Assembly: GCA_036279775.1 (NCBI GenBank)
Contig: DASUIM010000508.1
Span: 1 to 60,327 of the forward strand
Direction of reading: 5' to 3'
Origin: Fluviicoccus sp.
GTDB lineage: Bacteria; Pseudomonadota; Gammaproteobacteria; Pseudomonadales; Moraxellaceae
Length of the DNA: 60,327 nucleotides
Shown: piece by piece, positions 17,633-26,189 of the stretch
How positions within the stretch are numbered: the stretch's first letter is position 1
How the letters are laid out: every line of letters begins with the position of its first letter
Program-made: the position numbers and the translations under genes
Notes under the pieces: generated by a model
Seen by the model: only the letters and a program-made list of their open reading frames with translations
Told to the model about the DNA's origin: nothing
Database searches by the model: none

Positions 17633-18064
17633 TTAGGTAATGGTCAGCACACCGTTGGTCTGGTCGAGGTCAACAGTGAAGGTTTCGCCAACCTGCAGGG
17701 TGATGGACGAGCCATAGTCCCAGTAGCCGATGAGCGGATCGGCCGGGCTGGTTGGCGTGTCATTGTAGAGCACGGCATAACGGAACGGACCGATGGTGCC
17801 GCCGGATGCAGACCATGTGGCCGGGTCGCCGAGCGTGAGCTTGTACACGCCGCCAGTCTGGGCAGAACCGGTCACGGCAGCTGCATTGCCGCCGGAGGTG
17901 TAGCCGTTGCCTGCCGCGATCTCGCCGATGTCGGCGCGGACGGTATGGGCGGCCACGTCCGGCGCGGTGTTGGTCAGCGCGATCTTCAGGGTATCTGCGC
18001 CGAGGTTATGTACCTTCTCGGCCAGATTCTCCACAAAGCAGTTGTATTTGACGAAGGACGCCAT
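17633..18064 (-). CDS. Virion structural protein
   Basis: DTLKIALTN...GNGYTSGG...FRYAVLYNDT...LIGYWDYG motif set. Confidence 0.7.
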   Translation of the reverse strand: MASFVKYNCFVENLAEKVHNLGADTLKIALTNTAPDVAAHTVRADIGEIAAGNGYTSGGNAAAVTGSAQTGGVYKLTLGDPATWSASGGTIGPFRYAVLYNDTPTSPADPLIGYWDYGSSITLQVGETFTVDLDQTNGVLTIT

Positions 18065-18076
18065 AGTGCTCTCCGG

Positions 18077-18703
18077 TTAAAGAAACGATGCTCGGGTCCG
18101 CACGGGGGCGCGCTGCTGGCCGGTGATCCCTGCAGTCGATTTGCCATCCAGCTTCCCCTGGAAGGACTGGCCGAAGACGGCGCCCATCTCCGGGTTGGTG
18201 AATGACTGGTTCGGGATCAGCAGGATGCGCGCGAGAGCGCCCCATGCGATTGTTTCGCGGTGCTGGTCAGCCAGGAAATCCGGCAGCTGGTCGCAAGTCT
18301 GCGACGGCTTCAGGATCAGCGACACACGCACGGTTCCGGCGCCGTATGGCGCCAGCAGCATAGTGTTGGGTTCGGTCTGGGTGACATAGGCAGGCTGGCC
18401 GGTCGGCTTGTCATCGCTCGAGCGCCAGTTCGGCAGCAGCATGTCGAGCTGGCTGGCCGTTACCTTGCGCAGCTCATGCCCATCGAACCATACCTTTTCG
18501 ATCTCATGGATCACGGAGCCGGCCGGCGACAGCAGGCCCTCGCAGTCGTCGCTGTTGACAGCCCACTCGTCGGTGTACTGCCACATGCGCGTGCGCTCGC
18601 AGAACTCGATAGCAGCCTGCCGGATGGCAAAGTATGCGGTCGGGTCGGCCACGCCCGGTGCGTATGGGCGGATGCCAGGCAGGAAGTCGTCCAGCTCTTT
18701 CAT
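18077..18703 (-). CDS. Head-tail adaptor/virion protein
   Basis: AIRQAAIEFCERT motif; synteny. Confidence 0.7.
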   Translation of the reverse strand: MKELDDFLPGIRPYAPGVADPTAYFAIRQAAIEFCERTRMWQYTDEWAVNSDDCEGLLSPAGSVIHEIEKVWFDGHELRKVTASQLDMLLPNWRSSDDKPTGQPAYVTQTEPNTMLLAPYGAGTVRVSLILKPSQTCDQLPDFLADQHRETIAWGALARILLIPNQSFTNPEMGAVFGQSFQGKLDGKSTAGITGQQRAPVRTRASFL

Positions 18704-19353
18704 ACGCTAGTCTCCGGCCGGTTCGGCGAAATCACGATCTGGTTCTGGTTCTTGATGCCGAGCGCGGCCTCGAATGCCTGGTAGAAGGCAGTCGCCACAG
18801 CTGCGTTGCTGAACTCGCTGTCCTTGCTGTTGCAGCGGTAGCAAACGTAGTTGACCACGGCCTCGAGGTATTCGGAGCCGATGCCGAGAGTGTCGGTCAG
18901 GTCGTTGATCTCGTCCGGCAGTGCCGCGTCCAGGATTTCCACCTTGGTGCCGGCGATGGCGGGCGGGTACACATAGAAGACGGTCGGAACACGGTCGTCG
19001 TAGGTGTACTGCTTGATCTTCGAAACCGGCGTCATCTCATGCCAGTTCGGGTCGATGTCATCGATCTGCTGGCGGTCACTGCGCCGGATGGGGGCGCCAG
19101 GCGTTGCCCCATCGGCGCCCATGTTGCGCACCACGTCCAGCAGGGTCGAAGACTCGTCAGGGATGGTCTGATATGTGCCTTGGGCGAGCGAGTGAACCGT
19201 GCGACGAGCAAAGGCGGCGGGCCGGCGCGACAGGATTGCGCCCATGGCCTCATTGGCCCAGCGCACGCGCTCCTCTTCCGGCCAGCGATCCCGGTCGGGG
19301 TCGATCAGCAGATCGCTGACACGCTCGTCTACCGCCTGCATCGTCAGTTGCAT
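18700..19353 (-). CDS. Head-tail adaptor (N4-like)
   Basis: RWPEEERVRWANEA, LLDVVRN, FYVYPP, YVCYRCNSKDSE. Confidence 0.72.
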   Translation of the reverse strand: MQLTMQAVDERVSDLLIDPDRDRWPEEERVRWANEAMGAILSRRPAAFARRTVHSLAQGTYQTIPDESSTLLDVVRNMGADGATPGAPIRRSDRQQIDDIDPNWHEMTPVSKIKQYTYDDRVPTVFYVYPPAIAGTKVEILDAALPDEINDLTDTLGIGSEYLEAVVNYVCYRCNSKDSEFSNAAVATAFYQAFEAALGIKNQNQIVISPNRPETSV

Positions 19354-19356
19354 GGG

Positions 19357-19890
19357 TTACTCCGCCAGCTTGGCCTTGATGGAGGCGGCCTTCATGGACG
19401 GATGCGGCGCGCGGCCGAACTTCGCCTTGTACTCTTCGCGCAGGGCGGCCAGCTCTTCGGCGTTGTCCACGGTGCCATCGCCGTTGGTGTCGGCGGCCAG
19501 TTGGTCCAGCTGTTCATCGATCAGATCGTGGCGGCCGTCATCGGACAGCTCGTTCCACTCCTCGGCGGACATGCCGGAATTGGCCTGCGCCATGGCGACC
19601 ACATCGCCCAGCGCGTAAGTCTTGCCGTTGATCTCGTAGGAGGTCGAATGCACGCTGCTGCCCAGCAGGGTAACGGGCTTGTCCTGGCTGGTGTCTTCCT
19701 GCGGCGCGGGCTGTTCGGTGCCACGGTAGAGGCGATAGCCTTCCGAGATGGACAGGAAACGGTCCTGATGCGCATCTTTCAGCACGTCGGCAACGTGAGC
19801 ACCGTCCGGCTGCGGCGCGAAGTGGTACTTGATGCCTTCCAGCTCTACGTGAGTACCGCCTTGCCGGCGCAGTTTGCATTCGATCTTCAT
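19357..19890 (-). CDS. Virion-associated hypothetical protein with EF-hand-like loop
   Basis: Strong RBS AAGGAG; DTNGDGTVDNAE; C-terminal YKAKFGRAPH motif. Confidence 0.7.
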   Translation of the reverse strand: MKIECKLRRQGGTHVELEGIKYHFAPQPDGAHVADVLKDAHQDRFLSISEGYRLYRGTEQPAPQEDTSQDKPVTLLGSSVHSTSYEINGKTYALGDVVAMAQANSGMSAEEWNELSDDGRHDLIDEQLDQLAADTNGDGTVDNAEELAALREEYKAKFGRAPHPSMKAASIKAKLAE

Positions 19891-19910
19891 GTTTTCTCCT
19901 TGGGAATCGA

Positions 19911-19937
19911 CAAAGAGGGGCCGTTAAGCCCCTCTCC
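19911..19937 (-). terminator. Intrinsic terminator-like hairpin after capsid/decoration genes
   Basis: AGAGGGGC-TTAACG-GCCCCTCT followed by a short T run. Confidence 0.55.
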
Positions 19938-19952
19938 GGTTAGGTCAGTTGG

Positions 19953-20438
19953 TTAGAACTGAACCTGATGGTCTGCCGGTGCCATGAAGCACAGCAGACG
20001 GATGCGGCCGGCAGCGGCGGTTGCCGCGTCAGCTACAACCTTCACGCCGATGGAGCGGTCGCTCTCGGTCGGTTTGACCTTGAAGCCGCTCGCCAGCGAC
20101 ATGCGGGTCGCGGTGCCGCCTTGGGCTGCGGTGGATGCCGAGAAGAACTCGGCGCCGATGGTGCGGTCGCTGATGGCATCGCCCGGAGTACCGGACAGCA
20201 GGCCAACGTCCAGGGTGATCGCCGGGGTGCCGGTATCCAGATCGTCGGGGATCAGGATCATATCCACGACGGTGTGGTAGGCCGGCAGGATGCCCACGTC
20301 GAACATGTTGCCAGCGTCGATCTGGGCGGCGGTCACGTCGATGAAATACTCGTTGACGACAACATCGCCAGCGCAATCGCCGGTCACGTAGCCAAGAGTG
20401 CTGGCAGAGAACGGGGATACTTTGGTAACAGCAGTCAT
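19953..20438 (-). CDS. Capsid decoration/cement-like protein
   Basis: Directly after the capsid gene; DDLDTG..ITLDVG motif; RBS AAGGAG. Confidence 0.65.
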   Translation of the reverse strand: MTAVTKVSPFSASTLGYVTGDCAGDVVVNEYFIDVTAAQIDAGNMFDVGILPAYHTVVDMILIPDDLDTGTPAITLDVGLLSGTPGDAISDRTIGAEFFSASTAAQGGTATRMSLASGFKVKPTESDRSIGVKVVADAATAAAGRIRLLCFMAPADHQVQF

Positions 20439-20497
20439 GTCTTAACTCCTTGAAGGGTTGGCACGCGGTCAGCCGGCCGGAGCCGGCTTTCCAGCGA

Positions 20498-21598
20498 TTA
20501 AGCCGCGTTCGGGTCTTTGGCGTAGGTGTCGATGGAGATCACACCGAAGTCGCGGCCGTTGAAGCGCGTCTTCTTGATGCCACCGAGGAAACCAGAGGCC
20601 ACGGTCGGCTCGTTGCCGTAGTCCTTGGTGTTTTCTTCCCAGCTGTAGCGCAGGCCGCCGGAGGTGCCGTAGGCCACAACAGCAGCCTGACGGCCCATGA
20701 ACAGCGCGCGGGCTGCCGGCAGGTTGGCGCCTGCACCGTAGTCGCTGAAGCGGATCGCGCTGCGGTGCTTGTGCAGCACGGTGTTGTTAATCATACCCAG
20801 ACCACCCTTGAAGATCGGGTTGTTGCGACCTTCGGCGGCGGCGGCGGCCTTCTGGATGTCGATCCAGCCACCAGCGTCAGAGGTGCGCAGGCTGTATTCC
20901 TGGTCCGGGGACATCACGCACACATACTGCTCTTCGCTGCCGTTGCTCACCGGAACCATGTTGGCGGTTTCCGGGTTGCGGGCCTGCATCATCAGGGCCT
21001 TGTTCACGGCGCGCTCGATGACGTTGCGGGTCATGATGTCGGCCGCTTCCAGAGTGGCCTTGGACACGGCATCACCGCCGTACAGCAGGTGGTCGGAGTC
21101 CGGGGCCTGCAGCGGGTTGTTGGCGAAGCCAGTGAAAGCTGTGCTTTCGATGAAGTCCTCGTTGATGCCACGGGCGCCGGACAGGTAGATGAAGAAGAAC
21201 TCGTCCACCAGACGGGCGAAGTAGTCGCCCAGACGGCCCTTGGCGACCAGACGCATATCGTGCGAGGTGCGCTTGCGGCTCATCTTGCCACCGGCAGACA
21301 CGGCATGGCGCACCTGGTCGATGATTACTTCGTCGGTGTAGAACTTGAGGCTTTCTTCCTTGCCTTCCAGACGGGCGTCGCCGTAGGTCGGCTTGTTGCG
21401 CATCTGTACGCACAGGTCGAAGCTGATGCGGTCACCGGCATCCGATTCCAGCTCGGTCTTGCGCTGGATGATGCTGTTGTCGTCGGTGCCGATGAAGCGG
21501 TTTTCGAAGTAAGACTTCTTGCGGGTATCGACGGCCAGGTTCGCAGACCATTTCTTCTGCGCTTTCGGGTCGCCGAACGGTACGGAGGTAGTAGCCAT
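20498..21598 (-). CDS. Major capsid protein, N4-gp56 family
   Basis: GDRISFDL, LEGKEESL, IDQVRHAV, GIKKTRFN. Confidence 0.92.
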   Translation of the reverse strand: MATTSVPFGDPKAQKKWSANLAVDTRKKSYFENRFIGTDDNSIIQRKTELESDAGDRISFDLCVQMRNKPTYGDARLEGKEESLKFYTDEVIIDQVRHAVSAGGKMSRKRTSHDMRLVAKGRLGDYFARLVDEFFFIYLSGARGINEDFIESTAFTGFANNPLQAPDSDHLLYGGDAVSKATLEAADIMTRNVIERAVNKALMMQARNPETANMVPVSNGSEEQYVCVMSPDQEYSLRTSDAGGWIDIQKAAAAAEGRNNPIFKGGLGMINNTVLHKHRSAIRFSDYGAGANLPAARALFMGRQAAVVAYGTSGGLRYSWEENTKDYGNEPTVASGFLGGIKKTRFNGRDFGVISIDTYAKDPNAA

Positions 21599-21662
21599 AG
21601 GAGTGTGTCCTCTTTGTCAGGTTTGGTAACAAAGTCCGCCACACTCCTGCGTTAGCTGAACT

Positions 21663-21701
21663 TGGTCGGATTTTGGCAAAGGTGGTTAGGAATTACAACC
21701 A
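21663..21701 (-). promoter_or_regulatory. Operator-like box and putative capsid promoter
   Basis: TGGTTAGGAATTACAACCA 21683-21701; minus strand TTGTAA-N17-CAAAAT. Confidence 0.6.
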
Positions 21702-21717
21702 CCATCTGCCCGAAAAG

Positions 21718-21915
21718 CTACGATTTGCCAGTGATGCCCATGCTTGCGGCGAGCTGGGCAGTGTTTTGGCGGTTGGTGCGGCTGACTGGTACGCTCTTGT
21801 CGGCCTCAATGGTGATCCTGGCGATGTTCCCCAGTTTCTTCTCCATGGTGATGACCGCAACGTCCCCAATGCGGATGCTCTCACCCGGTTTGATGTCGAT
21901 GCGAAGAAGTGCCAA
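21718..21915 (-). CDS. csrA: CsrA/RsmA-like protein
   Basis: KPGESIRIGD...ARITIEADKSVPVSR matches the CsrA pattern; TTG start with GGAG. Confidence 0.75.
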   Translation of the reverse strand: MALLRIDIKPGESIRIGDVAVITMEKKLGNIARITIEADKSVPVSRTNRQNTAQLAASMGITGKS

Positions 21916-21933
21916 GTCAGCCGCTCCAGTTGG

Positions 21934-22449
21934 TTAGTTGAATGCCGCGATGCGCTCGCCGAGCACTTCGGAATAGGCTGACATGGCATTGGCCTGCCGG
22001 ACCATGCGCAGCTGTTCTTCCGGTGCCAGGCTGGTGAATACCGGATTGCCCTTGATGAAGGCGTCCAGCTTCTGCAGGCGGTCGTCCAGCTCGGTCTTCT
22101 CGTCCACCACGCGCTGCTGGTGCGGCTGCAGGCCGGTGGCCGGCGCAGTCTGCTCTGCTGGCTCATAGGTGGCCGCAAAGATGTCCAGCTTGCACGGGTA
22201 GATTTCACCCTTCACGCCAGTGATGAGCACGTCGTCCGGCGTCATGTGGTGGGAGCCTTCCAGCGTGGGGATGATGTAGCAGCGGTCATTCTCATGCGTG
22301 ATCGGATGGCCCTTGTAGGAAAAGCTCCAGGCCATGCCGTTGTGAATGCTGCTCTCGCGGCCTTCCTCACGGCAGACGTTGACGCCATGAGCTACCAGCT
22401 CATCCCAAGTGATCGCCTCGACGACGACAGGTTTCTTGCGAAATTTCAT
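21934..22449 (-). CDS. Two-domain fusion (KKPV/PGDYG-like + crAss001_48-like helical hairpin)
   Basis: KFRKKPVVVEA...PTLEG...GEIYPCK.DIF..TYE, then QQRVVDEKTELDDRLQKL...YSEVLGERI; RBS AAGGAG. Confidence 0.75.
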   Translation of the reverse strand: MKFRKKPVVVEAITWDELVAHGVNVCREEGRESSIHNGMAWSFSYKGHPITHENDRCYIIPTLEGSHHMTPDDVLITGVKGEIYPCKLDIFAATYEPAEQTAPATGLQPHQQRVVDEKTELDDRLQKLDAFIKGNPVFTSLAPEEQLRMVRQANAMSAYSEVLGERIAAFN

Positions 22450-22458
22450 CGTGACTCC

Positions 22459-23349
22459 TTACGAATTCAGGTAGGCGTCCCGCTCGGCCTCGGGCAGCTT
22501 CATCAGCGCCTCCTCGTAGGCAATCGGGTCGGAAGTGGAGAGGCGATCCAGCACGGCATACTTGCCGCCCTTGGTATCGTTCAGGTCGGCGGCCGGCACG
22601 TTATGCAGGCTCGGCGGCGCGTCAGACTTCGGCGCCGGGGTGGTCTTACCCTTCGGCTTGATCTGCATGCCGGTCGCCTTGGCGATGTTCTCATGCGCCT
22701 TCTGCAGGATCGCCTTGCCGGCGGCCATGTCCGTGCGGTTCTTGAACTCGTCGGTCAGGGCCACGCGACGCACCTCGAGGTCGAGCATCTGATACAGCAC
22801 CGGGTTAGCTTCCGGGTTGTACTGGGTGTTCTCGGCGATGAAGCCGTTAACGGTGGCGTTCCACTCGTTAGCCTGGCGCTGCTGCTCAATCTCGGCGGCC
22901 ATCTGGGCCTTGTGAACGGCCAGCTCGATCTCGCGTTCCTGCTTGTTTAGCGCATCGATCTGCTGCTGGTACTCCTTCACAGTGATGTCGCCGTCGTCGA
23001 ACTTCTCCATCAGATCAGCTTTCTGGGTGCTGATCTCCTGCAGCTTGGCCTCGGCATCTGCTGGCGGCTGCACTACCAGAATAGGCGCGTGCTCGGTCGG
23101 CGCCGGAGCCGGAGCCGGTTCAGGATCGGCAGGCGGGTCCTGCGGGTCAGCCGGCGGATCAACCGGCTCGGCGGGATCGGCCGGGTCTTCCGGGTCTTCA
23201 TCCGGGTCCGCTGGCGGGTCTTGCGGGTCGTCAGATTCGGCCGGGTCCTGCGGGTCATCTTGATTACCGTCGATGATGTCATCGTCGGACTCCAGTGCCG
23301 CGCGCTCTTCATCGGTCAGGCCGTCGTCGATCTCGGTGTTTGCACCCAT
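22459..23349 (-). CDS. Capsid scaffolding protein
   Basis: Acidic D/P-rich repeats and coiled coil; lies between portal and capsid. Confidence 0.75.
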   Translation of the reverse strand: MGANTEIDDGLTDEERAALESDDDIIDGNQDDPQDPAESDDPQDPPADPDEDPEDPADPAEPVDPPADPQDPPADPEPAPAPAPTEHAPILVVQPPADAEAKLQEISTQKADLMEKFDDGDITVKEYQQQIDALNKQEREIELAVHKAQMAAEIEQQRQANEWNATVNGFIAENTQYNPEANPVLYQMLDLEVRRVALTDEFKNRTDMAAGKAILQKAHENIAKATGMQIKPKGKTTPAPKSDAPPSLHNVPAADLNDTKGGKYAVLDRLSTSDPIAYEEALMKLPEAERDAYLNS

Positions 23350-23366
23350 TGTTCATTCTCCTTGGA

Positions 23367-25607
23367 TTAGGCGGGAATTGCTGTGGCGGCCCCGCCGGCT
23401 GCCGCTTCAGGTTGCACGGGCATCTGCCCGTTTGGCATCTGCATCATACCGTTTGGTGCGATAGGCTGCACTGGCGGAAGCCCTTGGGAGGCGGCGTTGT
23501 AGCCCTTCCACCCGGCTTCTGTCAGCAGGTTGTCGGCCACCGCTGCGATGGTCGGCATCTGGATCACCGCCGTGGCGGCCGTCATGGCCGTGCCGGTGGC
23601 GGTCATCTTCTCGTTGATGGTCTGTGCCTCGATGCGCTTCGTCTCGGCCTCCTTCTTGGCCGCTTCCGCGTTCTTGCCGCGAACGTCTGCCTCGAACATG
23701 GCCTTCTGTGCGGCGGCCTGCTCTGCCTGTGCCTGCTGGCTGGCAAGCTCTTCCGGCGTCAGCTCGGTAGCATCCGGGTCGCGCTGGCCGTTGATCGCAC
23801 GGATGCGCTTCACGATCTCGTCGCGGTTTGGGATGTCCATGCTGTCTACCACCAAGTCCAGCATCACCAGCGCCACCTGCGGCGGCATCTTGGTCAGCAG
23901 CTCGGCCAGCTCGGCCACGGCTGCCTCGCGCATGGTCGCGCGCCACTCGGCCTCGGAGATTACAAAGTCTGCCTTGGTGCGGGTGATGTCGTTTTCCGGC
24001 AGGCCATCGTTGATCTGCACGAATTCGGGCGTGCCGCGCTGGTTGGTGATACGGAATTGCTTTTCCTCGGTGGCGAACTGCTCCACCAGCGACAGCTCGA
24101 TCTCGCCGCGCAGCTGCTCGGCCAGACGCAGGTTATCGAAGAAGCGCGCGGTCGCCAGACTGCCCTGCTCCTGCCGCTTCTGCACGGCCACGCCCGACAC
24201 TGCATTGGTCGTCCGGCCCAGCAGCTCGTCAGTCACGCCGCCAACCTGCTGGATCATGGCGATGTTGCGGCTGGCAAAGTCGAGGTGTGCCGGCTCGAGG
24301 TCGCGGTCGGCGTTGAGTACCAGCTCCTTGCCTTGCCGCTTGATGATGATCGCGTCAGGGCGGGCCACCTCGGCGGCGAAGTCGTCGATGCTCACGCCGT
24401 CCGGCAGCGCGCCCTCGTCCATCACCACCTTGTTGGTCGAGATGATGTGCAGGGCCTTCGCCATGCGCTTATTCACGTCGTCCTGGATGTCGCGCAGGCC
24501 ACGGATCATGCCGTAAGGCAGGCCGTTGCGGCCGTAGCGATAGCCCCAGATCGGGATGAACTTGAACCGGTTGTGCCGGTACGGGCTGGGGCCTTCATAC
24601 AGCAGATCGCCGGAGGTCATGATGCAGAAGCGGGTTCGCATCATCACCTTCTCGGTCACAGCTGCGCCCAGCTCCACGGCTTCAGCGTGGCGCGGGTCGC
24701 TCTCGTCGTAAATCTGGCCGTTGAAGGCGCCGCCCCTGATCTTCTTCACCTTCTCGGGCATGCGATACCATGCCTCGATCAAGCGCACGCGGCGGCGGTT
24801 GTGGGTCACCACCACGGACAGGGCGCCTTGATTGTCGCCGCGATCCCATTCGGCCTGATCCATGGCGAGATCACCATCGCCCAGCTCGAAGGAACTGTAG
24901 AGCGCGGCATCCACCACAGCAGCCTCAATCTGCGCGGTGCGGGTCGGGAACAGGGCCTTTGCCACGTCCTCGTCCACCCACTTGCTGCGGAACTGGTAGC
25001 GCATGTCGCTGCCGTCCAGCTCGGTGCTGGCGCTGTCCCACAGCATGTTGCGCCAGGACTCATAGCGGTCGTAGATCGGTTCGCCGTCGTCCTCGTCCTG
25101 TACGCCCACCTCCATCCAGCCGATGCCCACCTTCACGGCGTCCTCGAAGGCGCGCGAACGGTGGAACGGGGTGCGGTTGGTGTCGGAGAGGTACTTCAGG
25201 TACTTGGTCTTGCCCTCGGCGGCCTTGGCATCTTCCTTGCCGCGCGGCAGAACCTTGAAGTCAGTGCGCCCGCGCTTCTCGGAGCCGGTCACCCAGTTAA
25301 CGGACTGCTGGATCACGTTGTAGACGGTCGGAGCCTGGCCGCGCTCCTTCAGCTCGGCGATCTCCTCCTCGGTGTACTGGATGCTGTCGAAGTAGTCCTC
25401 GTCCAGCGCCATCTGGTAGCGGTTCTCGCTCTGGCGATCCAGCTCCATGCGGTAGTAGTCCATCAGGCGCCCGTGAAGGGCCTGCATGGGTTCAGCGTCG
25501 AGCGGGTTAGCCGGAGGTGCACCCTCTTCTGGCTGGTCAAACTCGAGCCGGTCTTCCGGCGATCCGCGCTTTACGCGCGTCAGGCTGTCATCGTTTAGGT
25601 CGAACAC
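23367..25607 (-). CDS. Portal protein (P22/N4-like)
   Basis: 746 aa; RGQAPTVYNVI, GMIRGLRDIQDDVNKR, SGVAVQKRQEQG. Confidence 0.9.
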   Translation of the reverse strand: MFDLNDDSLTRVKRGSPEDRLEFDQPEEGAPPANPLDAEPMQALHGRLMDYYRMELDRQSENRYQMALDEDYFDSIQYTEEEIAELKERGQAPTVYNVIQQSVNWVTGSEKRGRTDFKVLPRGKEDAKAAEGKTKYLKYLSDTNRTPFHRSRAFEDAVKVGIGWMEVGVQDEDDGEPIYDRYESWRNMLWDSASTELDGSDMRYQFRSKWVDEDVAKALFPTRTAQIEAAVVDAALYSSFELGDGDLAMDQAEWDRGDNQGALSVVVTHNRRRVRLIEAWYRMPEKVKKIRGGAFNGQIYDESDPRHAEAVELGAAVTEKVMMRTRFCIMTSGDLLYEGPSPYRHNRFKFIPIWGYRYGRNGLPYGMIRGLRDIQDDVNKRMAKALHIISTNKVVMDEGALPDGVSIDDFAAEVARPDAIIIKRQGKELVLNADRDLEPAHLDFASRNIAMIQQVGGVTDELLGRTTNAVSGVAVQKRQEQGSLATARFFDNLRLAEQLRGEIELSLVEQFATEEKQFRITNQRGTPEFVQINDGLPENDITRTKADFVISEAEWRATMREAAVAELAELLTKMPPQVALVMLDLVVDSMDIPNRDEIVKRIRAINGQRDPDATELTPEELASQQAQAEQAAAQKAMFEADVRGKNAEAAKKEAETKRIEAQTINEKMTATGTAMTAATAVIQMPTIAAVADNLLTEAGWKGYNAASQGLPPVQPIAPNGMMQMPNGQMPVQPEAAAGGAATAIPA

Positions 25608-25764
25608 TTGGCTTTACCCCTTCAAGCGCCAAAGACGCGGCCCACTTCACCATGCAGGCCACTCCGTACACCACAGCCGACACGGCACCGATCACCGCCA
25701 TGGGGATCATCAGCGCCCAGTCTGCCGGGCTGTTTACGCTGCGCTCATCCGCGATCTTGCTCAT
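25588..25764 (-). CDS. Small single-TM protein (58 aa, MSKIADERSVNSPADWALMIPMAVIGAV...)
   Basis: Manual translation; GAGG upstream; fills the gap between two genes and overlaps both. Confidence 0.5.
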   Translation of the reverse strand: MSKIADERSVNSPADWALMIPMAVIGAVSAVVYGVACMVKWAASLALEGVKPSVRPKR

Positions 25765-26173
25765 AGTCCAGAACCTCGATCTTTCGCTTCTTGCCGTCGC
25801 CCATATCGATGTGCGCCTCGCCTACAACGTGCGCAACGGTTGGGTCAGGTGGCATTGTCACCAGATCACCGAGGTTATCAAGGATCATGTTGGCGATGTT
25901 GTGCGCGGCGGTCATGTCCTCGAAGCCGAGATTGTGAGCGAACGTCGCCGCTGCACGGGCCGTGTGTATCGGGTCATTATAGCGAAAGGCTGCAGACAGG
26001 GCGATGACGGCCGGCTTGAAGTTTCTGACGCGGTAGCGCGGCACGATCACAAGGCACGGCTCGGTGTCCTCTTGGTCGTCGTTCATCAGCCAGGTGCCGA
26101 ACAGGATCAGGTCGCCCAGCTCGCGCTTGAAGGCGTAGCGGGACAGGTCAATTGCTGGTTTAGCTTCGATCAT
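25745..26173 (-). CDS. Conserved hypothetical protein between terL and portal
   Basis: RBS GAGGA; strong codon bias. Confidence 0.75.
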   Translation of the reverse strand: MIEAKPAIDLSRYAFKRELGDLILFGTWLMNDDQEDTEPCLVIVPRYRVRNFKPAVIALSAAFRYNDPIHTARAAATFAHNLGFEDMTAAHNIANMILDNLGDLVTMPPDPTVAHVVGEAHIDMGDGKKRKIEVLDYEQDRG

Positions 26174-26189
26174 TGGTATGGTCCTCGGG

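Noticed and set aside
23100-23260. Short tandem repeats as a CRISPR-like or regulatory array
   Set aside because: They encode the D/P-rich repeats of the scaffold protein; no repeat-spacer array was seen anywhere in the window.
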